This document shows positions 32,045-42,488 of a stretch of DNA of 46,212 nucleotides, piece after piece. Positions within the stretch are counted from its first letter, which is position 1, and each line of letters begins with the position of its first letter. The stretch is from NCBI GenBank assembly GCA_002245135.1, contig NGBS01000011.1, forward strand, positions 124,001-170,212. The letters are read 5' to 3'. The position numbers were made by a program, and so were the translations under genes. Source of the stretch: Proteromonas lacertae. Taxonomy: Eukaryota. A model generated the notes under the pieces. It worked only from the letters and a program-made list of their open reading frames with translations, ran no database searches and had not been told where the DNA came from.

Positions 32045-33960
32045 GTGGAAGAAATTTATGAGGATTATAAGTTATGTGTAGAGGAATATAAGGATTATTT
32101 AAAATATGTTAAAAAGAAGAAAAACAAGAAGAAGGAAGAAAATATACTTCAATCATTAGAGAGACTTCAAATGAGCATTGAGGATAGTCGATCCTCCTAT
32201 CAAAGTAAACATGCGGAAATAGCGGAAAGGATTTGGAAGATAAGGAACATATCGATTATCTGCTTGATTTTAGATTACGACAAAGAAAAGGAAGAAGAAA
32301 GGAAAAATGTAAAGAAAAGGAAAACAATTTGATTGGTTAATTAGAATATTACTATTTTCTAGTTCATTATTCCTCAATTAGATGAATCTAAGGTACTTAC
32401 AAAGGAGAATTTTAATGACTTTATTTTTAACAACACTCATTTTTGGGATATTATGGTGAGTAATACAAGAAGTATGACTGAGATTCTTTTAAGAAATCTT
32501 ATCGATAGATTAAGCTTATACAAGATAGCAAATGCAAGACAAGAGGATTTTATTGATTTCCTTACTGATTGAAAATCAAATATACCATTATTAGATTTTA
32601 AAATAGGTATTAATCCTAGCGAACCATTTGCAGAGGATGATGAAGAGGAAGAAGAAGATGATAATGTCATTCCTATTACTAAAAAGAAGAAGGAATCAGC
32701 TCCAGTACGAGAAGGATCACAAAAGTGTTTTACATGCAATAGAATCCTTCCTTTGGAAAACTTTGCATCAAAGCCAAATGGTGATACTTCTAGAATTCCT
32801 TACATAGCAGCCTATGGTTTTGAAAGAATTTATGGCGTAAGAAGATATGTCATATATGTTCTAATGCATAATCGTAGTGTTTATAATTGAAAGTGTCTAT
32901 GAACCTACACCCTTTCTATTGAAATATAATTTAAAAATGAGGGAATTAATAGACTCATGGGATGTAACAGCTGAAGGACATCCTCACAGCACAGTTTTCT
33001 TTTATATCTACTATTAACCAGTATTAATGTGTATGCACTATTTCAAAATTGTATATTATGCATATAAAGCATATTGTCCTCCTAAAGAAATTGATGTAAT
33101 TGAGGAATTCAGCATAATTAGGGAAGTACAAATATAAAAGAGGATGATGAAGAGTATATTATTGAAGAAAATGAGGAATTATCCTCAATAAGCAGAACAT
33201 ATAAAACAAGCAGCGGAAGATTACACTGTCCTCCTTCCAAGTATTTAGACTCAATATAGATATCATTATCGGTATTTTTAAAATCTAAATTAATGATTTC
33301 TTTCTAAGTTCCTTTTATGGGTTTCTAAAATCATCTTTTTTCATAAAAAAGTAACGGTTTTTGTAACGAAGGAAAATCATCCAATTATATGTAAGAAAGG
33401 AAGGATCTTCATTCAGAACATTTTTTAAAGAAGGATGATTCATTGAATCATCTAAAAGTAAATCTATCATTAACAAATTTAATGTTAAGAAGATTATTGA
33501 ATGTTGGAAGAGAAGTATCCAAGGAAATCAATGGAAAAAAGATGGTATTTAAAGAAAGTTCAGATGATGATAAAAAGGTGATGAAGGTGTGCAAGAAGAT
33601 TGAATATGTACATCCAACAAAGGATTAAGGTGAAATAGATATGATAGGAATACTTAACAGCAGAAGTTGCAAATACCAGTGGTGGTTTGGATGCTGAAAA
33701 GATTAAGTCAATGGATTATCATTATGTCTTTGCAACTTATTAAGATTATTCATAATCCATCATAAAAAATAAGTCCGGAACAAGATTTCCTCAAGGAATC
33801 GTATCATTAAAGACTTAAAGAAGAATATTGAGGTGAGAAGCGATGTTAGCAAAAATATGTAAAGAGAGAATAAGGAAAAGATTCAGTTAAGAAAATGGAC
33901 GAACAAAGTAATTATTAATTAGATGATAATGATAATTCCTCATTGATATGAAAGGATTAA
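32045..33960 (+). pseudogene. Degraded Polinton accessory ORFs, including a CxxC..KPNGD zinc-finger remnant (~32725-32785)
   Basis: Short broken Lys/Glu-rich ORFs on +; manual translation KCFTCNRILPLENFASKPNGD. Confidence 0.5.
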
Positions 33961-34156
33961 GAAAATACATAATCATATTGTTCTAGACACTTCATATATC
34001 ATCAAGGATTAAGGAAATTATCATCATTACTTCTTTCATCATCAAGGATTTGTCTTCAACTCATAATCAAGGAAATATATTAATGGTAAATTACAATACT
34101 AATTTTATCCCTTTACTAATATATTTTTTAATTTATCATTTAGATTAGTTTTTATA

Positions 34157-35097
34157 GTGATTATTTTTTACTTTGTAGTTGTTGTTATATTATACTATAA
34201 AATATATCTAAAAACATATGATTACATCTTCATAACTACACTACCACCTTTGTATTCATATAACAAATATATAGTCAATAAATCATTAACTAGGTTGTTA
34301 GAAATAATAAAAGAAAATGGACTAATAATACTATATTATCAAAGTGATTTAAAATTATATTACGTTTATTGTTTAAATAAATGTCTATTCATCAGAATAT
34401 CCTTGTATAATATTTCAATATTATGTTTAGGAATAATAGTTATGGATCGCCATTCTTTTATCCAATGATAAGAGAATCTATAACAATAACAAAGTGTAAG
34501 CTAATTATTTATTTCAATTCAGATATTGTATTTCATAAAAATATTAAGAAATTAATAAAACAATTAGTAGATGATTATAAACTATTACATAGAGAAATAT
34601 TAATTGTAGGAAAAAGAGGAGATATATTTTGGAGAAATTATTCAACATATTCAAACCATGATTGTATTTGGGAAAATAGCAAAATTCATTCAGGAAAAGG
34701 AATAGATTATTTCATATTTTCAAGATTTTCTTTTACATATAATAAAATCATCATACTTAACGAAATAATTGTAGGAAGGGTTAGATATGATAATATTATT
34801 TTGGCTTTAATGTTAAATGATAATAACACCATTGTTATTGATAGTACATATTTTATAAAAGCTCTACATTTAAGTGTATCAAAAGAAGAAAAGAATGAGT
34901 TGATTAAAGTATTGTTATATTTAATATATTACTAGCATCAAAAGCATACAGATTATTTCTATAACTATAATGTAACAAAGAAATACAAAATAGATTATTG
35001 CACTGTATTAGGATCAGTAGATAATATTAAAATCCATATTGATGAAAAGAATTATATATCTACATTTATAAACATTTCTAAATGTAGTAATACTTAA
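34157..35097 (+). CDS. Glycosyltransferase-like membrane-anchored host protein with tiny introns (34405-34430, 34909-34935)
   Basis: Motifs NSYGSPFF, YFNSDIVF, VGKR, GIDYFIF, VGRVRYDN. Removing the 27-nt GTATTG..TACTAG intron extends the frame to TAA at 35097. The 5' exon structure is uncertain. Confidence 0.6.
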
Positions 35098-35389
35098 CCC
35101 ATATTATGAAGACAAAAAAAATACCATTATTATAACATTTTGTTGTATTATAAAATACTTTAACTGTTTGTATTTTAGTGAATGAAACATTTAAATAAAA
35201 TAGTTTATGTGATAAGACAATAACAAGATTAAAGTTTTAAAGTAGAAACAGCTCATGATAAATGAAGGTGCTGAATGAGAGGAAGAAGATAATGAAGGTA
35301 AATCTATATAGTATATAAATGGGACTCTGGGACATTGTCACAGAGTCCTAACGAGTTTTCTAGGGTACCTTTATTATCTTTTATTTCCT

Positions 35390-35460
35390 TTTGCAAGATT
35401 TGAACCCGGTTGGGCTAGTACTTCCTACGGCATTCCTCTGACCATTCGGGCTACGCCCCC
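35390..35460 (-). ncRNA. tRNA-derived RNA polymerase III unit (box A/box B), acceptor stem not closed
   Basis: Minus strand GGGGGCGTAGCCCGAATGGTCAGAGG..CCGGGTTCAAATCTTGC. Box A TAGCCCGAATGG, box B GGTTCAAATCT, 35-nt spacing. Confidence 0.6.
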
Positions 35461-35693
35461 AAGGAAATGAACCTTCAATCATGTATATATACCTTCATAT
35501 ATTGAAACCACTAATTTGCAATTCTATTATGACTATCTTGTAACGACTAAATTCAATTCTATTTTGACTAATACCCAATACACTGGTACTATGTATTGCA
35601 TTTGGCATTTTACAATTAATGGTTATGAATCGACACTTCTCATAGTTTCAAATTTCCTGCACTTTTTAAACTTTGTCAATTACGTAATTTACC

Positions 35694-37021
35694 ATGTCAA
35701 AAAGATCTCGTACCTGTGAGTTTTGTAATTATTGTGGTCAAGGAGCTGTTGATAAGATCACCATGCGTATGGAAGCTTCCTTGAAGACTGATGACTGTCA
35801 GCCTGATAAGAAGAAGGTACTTGCTTCATTGCTTTATTGTTTATAGGTAAAGACCGAGGCTATCTGTAATGACAGTGATAGTGACAGTACAGAACCATGC
35901 TGTGATACTCCAAGGGATCTGTCCGATGTAGAGACCGAGATTGATGATGATGATATTGAGTTTCAAAAGGAGCTTCTGAATCAGAGAGATCCTGTCACTG
36001 AACCGGTTGAAGAACCTTTAAAGGAACCTTCAAAGGAACCTTCTGAAGAGCTATACTCCTCTTCCGAAGAGACCTCCGAGGAGGGATCTGTGGAGATACC
36101 CAAGTACTGGTCTCCGATGAACTACTGTCAGGAAGTCAAGAGACTTTACCAGATCATCCACGATTGCTTAACCAAGTCCATGCTTCACTACCAAGAGATC
36201 TGTGATACTCCATCTCATGAAACGGATACTTTTATAATCTTACTTGGACAGGTCAATGATAGTAAATTACTTTCCCTGATCAATAGTGAATGGAAGATGT
36301 CCTCCAAGGATCCAAGATACTTTACTGAGTGGTGCTGTAGACAAAGTCGTATCTATCAACATGCTGTGGATCTGCTAGACTATGTTCTCTTTATGAAGCA
36401 TAACGCCAACAATGATTCTCTCTATGAATTGACTGCCTACAAGAACATCGTCCGTAAGCTCCAGAGTAAAGTTAATGCCTTGATTGAATTCCTTCAGTCC
36501 ACAAAGACCACATCCGATACTCCTGAGCAGTTCACGGTCTTTATGAGTTATCTCCGAGACTTCCAACAGTATAGCCTTGATCTACGATGCAATGCTACTT
36601 CCTTACTCAGCTACTACCATCAGTTCCGAGAGAGCTTACTTCAAGAGCATCCACACTTCGACTATTACAAGGATAAGGTAATCACTCAGCTATGGAAACT
36701 CAACGATCTTGATAAGGAGGTGGAAGCCCTTACTGACTTTATATCCAGCACGTCACCGACTTTGAGAACGTCGTAAACAATCGCATAGGTATGATGACTA
36801 GAGCTAACTTTAGAACCCTTTGCCGTAACTACTCCAAGATGTATGATGAGCTGATATCCATTCTCAAGTACCCAGTCTTACAACTCCAGGACAATCTCTA
36901 CGTACCATTAGACTGTGACTCTTTCAAGAGCCTTAAGAAGTTCCACGATCTAGTTGATGATCTCAAGCAGTCCATTGCTAAGATTCAAACGATTGCTAAC
37001 TCCTTCTTAAGCTTATTCTAA
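35694..37021 (+). CDS. Spliced helical protein of element B (30-nt intron 35817-35846; probable frameshift near 36745-36776)
   Basis: ATG 35694 MSKRSRTCEFCNYC..PDKKK|VKTE.., acidic linker in frame with ORF 36090-36776. The 36791-37021 ORF continues in another frame. Confidence 0.7.
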
Positions 37022-37108
37022 TTCCCTTTACTTTGCTTACTCTCGTTATTGTTTCTGGGAATCCCTAAGCACTAGTTTCATAATAAAAAATACTGTTTAA
37101 GTAAAGCT

Positions 37109-37774
37109 TCAATGATCTTGCTCCCACCAGTTGAGAAGGTGCTCCTCGGAGTCGATGATCAGCTTAGAGACGTACTTCCTAGTCTCAATAAGAGCTCCTT
37201 GAAGGTGTAAGATGTAATCGATCCTTGACTCTTGATAGTACCATCTCTTCTTTGAGGATACTACTGTTGCCTCGGAGGTAACAGTAGTATCTCGTTTCTT
37301 TGCTTTACGACGACTCTTACTATTACTCAAGACACTTGCGTAAGTGATTGCTTTAGTAACTTTTTCCTGGTCCTTGTCCTTCACTTGAGGAGTTTCTTGT
37401 GATGTCTCCTTCTTGAACATCATCAACCAGCAGTAAGTATGGAGTAGACACTCCTCCATTATCTGGACGATCTCCTTGAACTTCTCTTGAAGCTTAACGA
37501 TATCATCCTCATAGTAGTACAGTTCAGTAATGACTTTGCTATCTAGTCTATCGCACTTCTCCTTCATAGTATAGAACTGCTCTAGCAAGTGATCGACCTC
37601 ATTGTCGGAGATGTTAACATCTCTCAAGAGGCTTCTTGTTAACTCTCGATCAGCAAAGTAGTTCTCCTCCACAGCATTAAAGTAAGTGTTGATCTGGCAG
37701 GCTCCGTTCTTGATAGTGCTGATGTACTCACAGTGCTTACCAAAGAGATTGTAAGGGTCCAGGCAGGTTGTCAT
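37109..37774 (-). CDS. Hypothetical helical protein (element B)
   Basis: 221-aa ORF with basic patch KSRRKAKKR, part of a tightly packed minus-strand run. Confidence 0.65.
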   Translation of the reverse strand: MTTCLDPYNLFGKHCEYISTIKNGACQINTYFNAVEENYFADRELTRSLLRDVNISDNEVDHLLEQFYTMKEKCDRLDSKVITELYYYEDDIVKLQEKFKEIVQIMEECLLHTYCWLMMFKKETSQETPQVKDKDQEKVTKAITYASVLSNSKSRRKAKKRDTTVTSEATVVSSKKRWYYQESRIDYILHLQGALIETRKYVSKLIIDSEEHLLNWWEQDH

Positions 37775-37777
37775 TCA

Positions 37778-38287
37778 CTAGACCGCATTAACCATCAAGC
37801 AATGGAACTTAAGTCTTAGACTAGCAGCTTTCTTATAGACTGGATAGTAGATCTCAGACTTACACTTTCCCATCGTGTACTCTGCTGATATCATTCCTTC
37901 CATGGAGTATAGGAATAGACATGCCCGGCTCTGGTAAATGCTCTTCTCTACGATCTCATGATCCTTCAACTCACAGTCGGTGATACGATGAAGGCAAGTC
38001 CTTAACACTTCCTTAGCTTTGATCACTGACTGATGAACTACCTTGAGTAACATCCTTACTGAGCTGTGAACTTCCAAGTCACTCTCAGTGATTCCTTTGT
38101 TAGCATTGTCGATCATGATAAAGTGCGTGTCCAGAGCTAATTGTTCACACTCCGATAACTTCTCTTGAGCTTCCTTGACTAGAAGAGTCCATTCATTACC
38201 TTCTTGGATTCCACGATCGGCCTTATGAATACACACTCTCGGGTAGATTGGTAAGAGTCTCTTGTCGGGTTGATGAATTGAGATCAT
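37778..38287 (-). CDS. Hypothetical helical protein (element B)
   Basis: 169-aa ATG-started ORF, 3 bp from the next gene. Confidence 0.6.
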   Translation of the reverse strand: MISIHQPDKRLLPIYPRVCIHKADRGIQEGNEWTLLVKEAQEKLSECEQLALDTHFIMIDNANKGITESDLEVHSSVRMLLKVVHQSVIKAKEVLRTCLHRITDCELKDHEIVEKSIYQSRACLFLYSMEGMISAEYTMGKCKSEIYYPVYKKAASLRLKFHCLMVNAV

Positions 38288-38327
38288 GTTTCTGGAGTAG
38301 GCAAGAAATTTAATAATAGCTTATCGG

Positions 38328-38660
38328 CTATGAGCTCTTCCTCTGAGGGTGTCGATGATGAAGATGATGATGACTTCTTCGATCCGATGAATCTACAGCC
38401 TGATGCTTTACGTACTTTCTCTTGACCCTGAATGTGAGCTGACGACATCTCTTGAGTTCTTCTCGTTGAACAGGAGTAAGTCGATAAGCTTCTCGGTTAA
38501 AGATCTCCTCGGGACTTAGTGTTCTTTCAGTCATGCTCCCATCCTTGTTAAACTTAAAGATCATTATCGTAGCATCCAGATCGATAGTGCAATACTTGCC
38601 TTTCCTATGAGAGTCTTGGTTATTGTCAGAGTCACTTCCATCCATAGAGTTGTATTCCAC
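38328..38660 (-). CDS. Hypothetical basic/His-rich protein (element B)
   Basis: 110-aa ORF ending RRSHHHLHHRHPQRKSS. Confidence 0.5.
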   Translation of the reverse strand: MEYNSMDGSDSDNNQDSHRKGKYCTIDLDATIMIFKFNKDGSMTERTLSPEEIFNREAYRLTPVQREELKRCRQLTFRVKRKYVKHQAVDSSDRRSHHHLHHRHPQRKSS

Positions 38661-38687
38661 TCCTTGATAAATTACCTTACTGTACTT

Positions 38688-39161
38688 TTAATTACCACTG
38701 ACAAACAAGTCCTCGGAGGATTCATTGAGTGCCTCAATGCTCCTCCGGGACTTCTCTATCTCCTTTAAATCTTGATCCAACTTCATTTGAATCTTGCTCC
38801 TTGTTCTCTCATCCACCTTCTTCACATTCACGTGGACGTGTTTATTCCTTTGCTTACTCTCACTTACTTCATCGATGAGTTCCCAGACTTTCTCGGGATA
38901 GATGATCATCATGTCTCCATCCTTCCAATAGCCCGAGGTAAGCGATTGCTTATAAACCGATCGATAGACGTCTCCTTGATTGTTGAGCCATAGCTTATAG
39001 CGATCAGTGTACTTAGGATTCACTGATACTCCAAAGTACCACGATGTTACCTTTACTTGATCATCAGAGGATGAAGTCGTTGTTGAAGTCTTGAGCTCTC
39101 CAGTCTCAGTAAAGAACTTTGCTTTCAATGAACCTAGTTGACTTCTACTATCCTTCATCAA
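38688..39161 (-). CDS. Hypothetical protein (element B), 5' end probably degraded
   Basis: 157-aa ORF with an aromatic beta-like core and coiled-coil tail. Confidence 0.55.
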   Translation of the reverse strand: MMKDSRSQLGSLKAKFFTETGELKTSTTTSSSDDQVKVTSWYFGVSVNPKYTDRYKLWLNNQGDVYRSVYKQSLTSGYWKDGDMMIIYPEKVWELIDEVSESKQRNKHVHVNVKKVDERTRSKIQMKLDQDLKEIEKSRRSIEALNESSEDLFVSGN

Positions 39162-40105
39162 GAGATAGAACGGGTGCTGACGATCACAACCTGCTGGAAC
39201 ATCCAGGCAGATTCCATCACTTACACTCTCGTTGAACTTCTTTGAGTTGAATACTTCTACTTCGATCTTGAGGTCCCATAAGAATTGTAAAGCATAACCT
39301 TTGTGTAGATCTCGGTACTAGAATATAGATGGGTAGTCGTACCTCCGAAGCTTTGTTGAATCTCGACATCCACAAACGAAAGGAGTGCATCGATAGATTG
39401 GAGGAGTAAGGACTGGGTAATGTTGATAGTCGATAACTAAGTCCTAGGAGATCTCAGGTAATGTCTTCTCCGAGGATTGCATGGTAGGGACTGTCATCTT
39501 TATCGATGAGCTATTGATGGTAATCATGCTCTTCCAGGAATTCATTCAATGAAGGGAGTAGTTCAACTTTTCCTATTGAAATAACCCAAGTGCTTACAAT
39601 GCCTAAGAAACTTACCCAGGAGAGTGATGAAGAGATCTACTAGGTCGATGATCCCTTTAACAATGAACCTGACGATGACTCCTTGAAATCAATTCACTTG
39701 AATCTTCCATGGATCCAGATTGCAGGCTTTGCAAGTGACCTCCAGAACTACTACCATTAAAGGGTATCTAACAACATTAACTATTTTGAATCAGGTCCCG
39801 ATAACTTCATCTCCTAGATGATCTTCATCGTCTATACGCAGAAGCCAAGTGGTTAGCAAGAGATTTAAAAGCTGATCTGATGGATGCTGAAGGTACCATG
39901 GAGGAACGCGTTGTTTCAAAGTCCAAGGGTGATAAGAGACGAAGACTCTAACTAGCTTAACAACGTCCCTTGATAATTCACTTGCTTTATCATCACCTTC
40001 TATCTTATTGGGATCAATTTTACATGAGTAAAATCATTTATACACGATTGCTTAAGACCGAGAATTCATCTAGTTGCAATTTTCCAAACGATCCCGACAA
40101 AGTCT

Positions 40106-40471
40106 ATGAGTCCCAGGAAGTCATCACGCAGATCATCATCATCAACCAACTCTAGCATTGATAAGTCATCCAAGGAGGGTAAGAAGCTCCGAGTAAAGAA
40201 ACAAGGAGCTAGTAGTAGAACCATAAGGAAGTCATCACCGATGATTACGGAGCAAGGTAAAGCAACACTCCGGGAAGAACTCATTGAAGCCATTGTGGAT
40301 AACTTAAGCTTATTAGCAACCATTGCTCCAGACTACATTAACGATGAACCTTTAAGTACACCACCATCTACTCCTAAGAGACTTACAAGGAAGAGCACAG
40401 CCCGAGGAAGTAAAGAACAACAACAACAACCAAGGAAGTTGAGCCCAATTAAAGTTGGTAGCTACTCGTAA
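40106..40471 (+). CDS. Small basic Ser/Arg/Lys-rich protein, possible DNA-condensing core protein (element B)
   Basis: MSPRKSSRRSSSS..TPKRLTRKS..PRKLSP, with SP/TP-basic motifs. Function is inference. Confidence 0.55.
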   Translation: MSPRKSSRRSSSSTNSSIDKSSKEGKKLRVKKQGASSRTIRKSSPMITEQGKATLREELIEAIVDNLSLLATIAPDYINDEPLSTPPSTPKRLTRKSTARGSKEQQQQPRKLSPIKVGSYS

Positions 40472-40871
40472 GGCCGGGAATAAACGAGATGTTAGAGTTC
40501 ATCCAGGATGTGATCGTAAGGTACCTTTAAAGTCCAAGGATGAAGTTAAGCTTATCAAGACTTCTTGTAATGAGACTGGAGGACACGACGCTATCCAAGT
40601 AAAGGATCTTGCTTCTTATAATGGTACAGTGATACTAGTTAGTCTAGATGGCCAGATGATTATGGAGATGGATCCAGACCACAACCAGATAAGACTTCAT
40701 TTGGATCCTGACTTTAACCTAGCAAAGGAATCCATGGAGGTATGGGACAATGCATTCTACGTTCCTTATGATGATACTAAGAACTTCTTCCGAGTCTGTG
40801 ATGATGCTTTAACCTTGTTAAACCTCCCGAGAATGGCATCCACCTTCAAGAAGATGGTGAACCATAAGTAG
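40455..40871 (+). CDS. Hypothetical protein (element B)
   Basis: 138-aa ORF overlapping the previous one; may be a frameshifted continuation. Confidence 0.5.
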   Translation: MVATRKAGNKRDVRVHPGCDRKVPLKSKDEVKLIKTSCNETGGHDAIQVKDLASYNGTVILVSLDGQMIMEMDPDHNQIRLHLDPDFNLAKESMEVWDNAFYVPYDDTKNFFRVCDDALTLLNLPRMASTFKKMVNHK

Positions 40872-41049
40872 TTGCATTATGAGCTTAGTTCATTTACTTA
40901 CGATAGCTGTCTTGTCTTGGGATGATAAGCCTTTTACCTTGATGAACTTTGATATCAGCTGATGAAGACCTCGGTAAAGCTCTTATTGTTGATTGATAAG
41001 AACCCTCTTAGCAAAACAACACCGTAAAGTCAAGGGATAAGTAATTACT

Positions 41050-42120
41050 TTAAGGATCATCAAGAGCTGTAAGCTTATTGATAACATCACCTGTCTTGTA
41101 TAGTAGCTCCTCCAACTGCTTATCATCAGGAGTATAGACAACAACTATCTTGTTGATGATCTTCAAGTAGCTCTGATTCAACGATCGGATACTTTGCTTC
41201 TGTTCATCATCCTGGTACTTGAGTTCTTTCATCAGCTTCAGGCACTTTACAAGATGACCTTGAATGTATACCGACTCCTTCTTCTTAAGAGTTGATGATA
41301 TTCCCATGGAGTTGCAATAACTTTTCTTGGAATCCTTAGTTAAGCAGGTGAGTTGGATGTGATCATTAATGGAACCTAGGTACTTCTTAAGGCAGTAAGG
41401 ACAGAGACCACAGGAAATGTTCTTATCGGTGACTCTAGCAGCAGTAATCACGGGATTATCAACATCGATCACGTCCATTGGATTAGCAATCACGGTATAA
41501 TGATATTGAACTTGATCATCCTCCTCGGCTTCAAGGTAAAGTAAGTGAACAAAACGATCAGGAGAAGTCATCGGTAAAGTACGGCTACTGCGTCTGGCTA
41601 ATCGTAAATGCGATCCCTTCAATTGATAGATGTGAACACCCACATTATTGTTCTCTTCAAAGGAGTCGATGAGTCTGAAAGATGATATTGGATTTGCTAT
41701 AGGGTGTTGGTAGTTAATGATGTACTTGCTCAAGTACTTGGAGTACATCTCAGGATTCTCAATGGCTGCGTTCTTACTGAGTTGATGATGATGAAGAGCT
41801 GCGATTGCGGAGTAAGCAAAGCTGAACATAGCAATACGTACATTTATAATACTGCTAGGATCAATCACTTCCTTGGGCACCTCCAGCAGTGCTTCGATGA
41901 AATAAACTTTGTTGACCCGTGACTTCTTAGCTGGATGATCCTCAGCTGCCTTATGAAGTTCCTTATGTGATCTCTTGACCTTACCTTCGGAGGATGAATC
42001 TACCAGTGGTGTGTAGTTGCTTACCTGGGATAGTTGAGAAGCTAAATTGAAGTCCCTGGAGGTGTCTTGTTCTATGACTACTTTATCATTCAATGGAGAT
42101 GTTGCTTGGGTTGGATCCAT
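41050..42120 (-). CDS. Stand-alone homologue of the Polinton pPolB N-terminal vOTU-like + CxxC..H..C zinc-finger module (catalytic Cys apparently Ser)
   Basis: SFAYSAIAALH..IDSFEENNNVGVHIY..VHLLYL..YHYTVIAN..CPYCLKKY..DHIQLTC parallels the Polinton pattern CFxWAIL..I..FE..N.I.INV...LL..HY..I..CxxCL..H..C (compare DCFWRAINSCL..IDKVEQTYDLNINVF in the local pPolB). Confidence 0.7.
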   Translation of the reverse strand: MDPTQATSPLNDKVVIEQDTSRDFNLASQLSQVSNYTPLVDSSSEGKVKRSHKELHKAAEDHPAKKSRVNKVYFIEALLEVPKEVIDPSSIINVRIAMFSFAYSAIAALHHHQLSKNAAIENPEMYSKYLSKYIINYQHPIANPISSFRLIDSFEENNNVGVHIYQLKGSHLRLARRSSRTLPMTSPDRFVHLLYLEAEEDDQVQYHYTVIANPMDVIDVDNPVITAARVTDKNISCGLCPYCLKKYLGSINDHIQLTCLTKDSKKSYCNSMGISSTLKKKESVYIQGHLVKCLKLMKELKYQDDEQKQSIRSLNQSYLKIINKIVVVYTPDDKQLEELLYKTGDVINKLTALDDP

Positions 42121-42488
42121 TTATACTTCACTAGGTAAACGATTTCAACTATTCAAGGCTATCGAAGTTACCAATTGTAAACTCCTGGTTCCACGATTGG
42201 TTTCCACGATTGATTTACTAATCACCAGCGTAGCAAGGATAGTCAAGAGCGTGATTAGAATCATCACCTCGAGGTAACCAACACTTCTAGATAGCTTCCA
42301 GGAGTACCCGTAAGAGATCGTCTCATAGATAGGTATAGGTAGGTATAGAAATAGCTTACAGGAGTTCCCGTAGGGAAGATGACCCCGTTGAGAAGTAGAC
42401 CCCGTTAGGAGGAATCCCGTAGGAACCTTACGTAAATGGGACTATGGGACATTATCACAGAGTCCCATTTATATATTATATATAAATC

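Larger units (their letters stand above)
10769..34070. mobile_element. Decayed Polinton/Maverick-like element, split by the Ginger insertion (outer boundaries uncertain, no TIRs found)
   Basis: pPolB, a divergent ORF and an integrase N-terminus lie left of 15742. Compositionally similar ORF remnants continue at 31884-34070. A shared motif (AAAAAAGTAACG..ATCCAAT) occurs at 14421-14461 (-) and 33345-33385 (+). Confidence 0.6.
35305..42482. mobile_element. Element B: 7178-bp element with the same termini as A (hairpins truncated or collapsed); 6-bp TSD TAAATC
   Basis: taaatc|TATATAGTATATAAATGGGACTCTGGGAC...GTCCCATTTATATATTATATA|taaatc (TSD 35299-35304 and 42483-42488). 42167-42435 matches the reverse complement of A's left subterminal region. 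The flanks rejoin in frame (EEDNEGKSTPPGDGNN). Confidence 0.93.

Noticed and set aside
35390..35460. Functional tRNA gene (also 21099-21163)
   Set aside because: Acceptor stems do not pair and no clean anticodon arm forms; kept only as tRNA-like Pol III units.
39838..39880. Third tRNA-like box A (GCCAAGTGGTT)
   Set aside because: No box B downstream; it lies in a coding remnant (AEAKWLARD).
19640..42482. Major capsid protein, packaging ATPase or helicase in A, B or the Polinton remnant
   Set aside because: No Walker A/B or jelly-roll-like ORF recognised by eye; remote homology searches would be needed to exclude them.
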